Shown: in pieces, positions 62,834 through 64,000 of the stretch | Numbering within the stretch: position 1 is the first letter of the stretch | Layout: the number at the start of each line of letters is the position of its first letter | DNA from: a bacterium | Lineage (GTDB): Bacteria; UBA8248 | NCBI GenBank assembly: GCA_965203325.1 | Contig: OZ241875.1 | Span: forward strand, 64,001-128,000 | Direction: 5' to 3' | Length of the DNA stretch: 64,000 nucleotides | Notes under the pieces: model-generated | Database searches by the model: none | The model's input: only the letters and a program-made list of their open reading frames with translations | What the model was told of the DNA's origin: nothing | Made by a program: the position numbers and the translations under genes

Positions 62834-63838
62834 TCATTTCCCCATTTGCAAATCGCCTCGGATAGCGGCTTTCTTCAAAATGGCGGGAACATTCAGTATC
62901 CACGGCCCATCGAGTCGAAGCGATATCTCTATCTCTTCTCCTTTATTGAGCAAGTATTCCCGCTCCCCGTCAAAAGCCAACACGCGAGTATCCGGTGCTC
63001 GGTATTTTACAGTTTCTCCTGGTTTGACGACCTCGTGTTCCATCACCGGGGCGGCAGCAATCTGCCCGGGTCCAATCGGCGAAATGACGTGGTGGTTGGA
63101 TTTGCTCTTCGCCCCCAACTTCAACCACAGCCCCACGGCTTCGTCTGCATCTATCGGACGCAAACTCGCACCTAATGAAGAAAGTCCCAAACGCCCAGGC
63201 TCACTTCTCGTCAGCGCCAGCGAATCCACACGCCCTACATCCCAGATTGCACGCGCCCCATAGAACGATTCCTTGATAATGGCGATATCTATCAAGGCAC
63301 TTTCGAAATCGCCATCAAGGTTTACATGGAGCTGTTTCGACACCTTTTTCTCGCTTCTATAAACTCTTGGATAAAGGGCATATAAAGCCGCCGCCATACC
63401 GGCCACAGTCCCTTCCCAGGAAAAGGGGAAGGCATTGTTCGTTCCAGTCGACAAGGGGATCAAGGGAATTTCGTTACATCCTTTGGAGACAGCACGGCAG
63501 GTACCATCGCCTCCGAGAACAACGATGCACCGAACGCCCAGTTCATCGAGTTTGTGAGCCGCTTTGGTGGAGTCGGCCGTCTCTCCCCTGGCGTCCACTT
63601 CAAAGAGTTTTACGTTGGAGTTCTTGTTCTCATGACGAAAGCCATCCACTGCGACTGCGCCCAAGGAACCGAGATCGTTGAACATCAGGATATTATCCAG
63701 GCCCATCGCGGAAATACCCGCCATTACGCGGCGAAGCATCAATACCTTTTCGTTGTTGCTGAAAGAACTTGCCAACGCCACCAACCTGCGGATGTCTTTG
63801 CCTGATTGCGGGTTGGCTATGATTCCGACACTCGCCAC
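62834..63838 (-). CDS. AcoX-like NAD-kinase-family protein
   Basis: VGIIANPQSGKDIRRLVA, LGGDGT.R, STGTNNAFP, AFDGERE. Confidence 0.85.
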   Translation of the reverse strand: MASVGIIANPQSGKDIRRLVALASSFSNNEKVLMLRRVMAGISAMGLDNILMFNDLGSLGAVAVDGFRHENKNSNVKLFEVDARGETADSTKAAHKLDELGVRCIVVLGGDGTCRAVSKGCNEIPLIPLSTGTNNAFPFSWEGTVAGMAAALYALYPRVYRSEKKVSKQLHVNLDGDFESALIDIAIIKESFYGARAIWDVGRVDSLALTRSEPGRLGLSSLGASLRPIDADEAVGLWLKLGAKSKSNHHVISPIGPGQIAAAPVMEHEVVKPGETVKYRAPDTRVLAFDGEREYLLNKGEEIEISLRLDGPWILNVPAILKKAAIRGDLQMGK

Positions 63839-64000
63839 CTCTTCTCCTTTGCTTTTTGCCAAGAAAGAATTTCTGGATTCCTGTAGAATCAAGATTACAT
63901 CGAATCAACGCAAAGGGCGAAGCATCACCCGTGTTCCATTTCTCTGCTCAATGAAATGACTCGCGATATGCAATCAAAACATCGAAGATCCCTCAAGAGA

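Overview
Bacterial chromosome segment from an LPS-producing diderm (lpxC, lolA, lptCAB). The gene order is Desulfobacterota/Nitrospinota-like; taxonomy is inference only. The window appears to span the replication terminus. A 28-bp dif site lies at 30172-30199, and FtsK-orienting KOPS octamers (GGGNAGGG) switch strand there. All genes left of dif are on + and are mostly housekeeping (purM/N, rseP, ispG, proS, tilS, ftsH, pdxJ, nnr, tsaE, lptCAB, rpoN, hprK/PTS, metK, ahcY, amidase, der, EF-G2). Right of dif lie rtcB, bioB, a mixed-orientation block of catabolic/detox genes, the surE-pcm...nlpD-apt core genes on -, three more tRNAs and many REP/MITE-like palindromes. The strongest non-obvious signals are: (1) a near-perfect HrcA CIRCE operator on a TTGACA-17-TATTTT promoter driving a GldAFG-like ABC + DUF4340 operon, suggesting a heat-shock-controlled envelope transport/quality-control system; (2) an MscR-like (mycothiol-type) dehydrogenase in a diderm, divergent from a metal-less M24 hydrolase, twin cupins and a double-YciI protein; (3) rtcB abutting dif with a degenerate dif-like site on its other side; (4) composite TIR-bounded elements carrying REP palindromes inserted at stop codons. 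No CRISPR array, rRNA, integrase or transposase was seen. All protein calls come from motif recognition by eye, not database searches.
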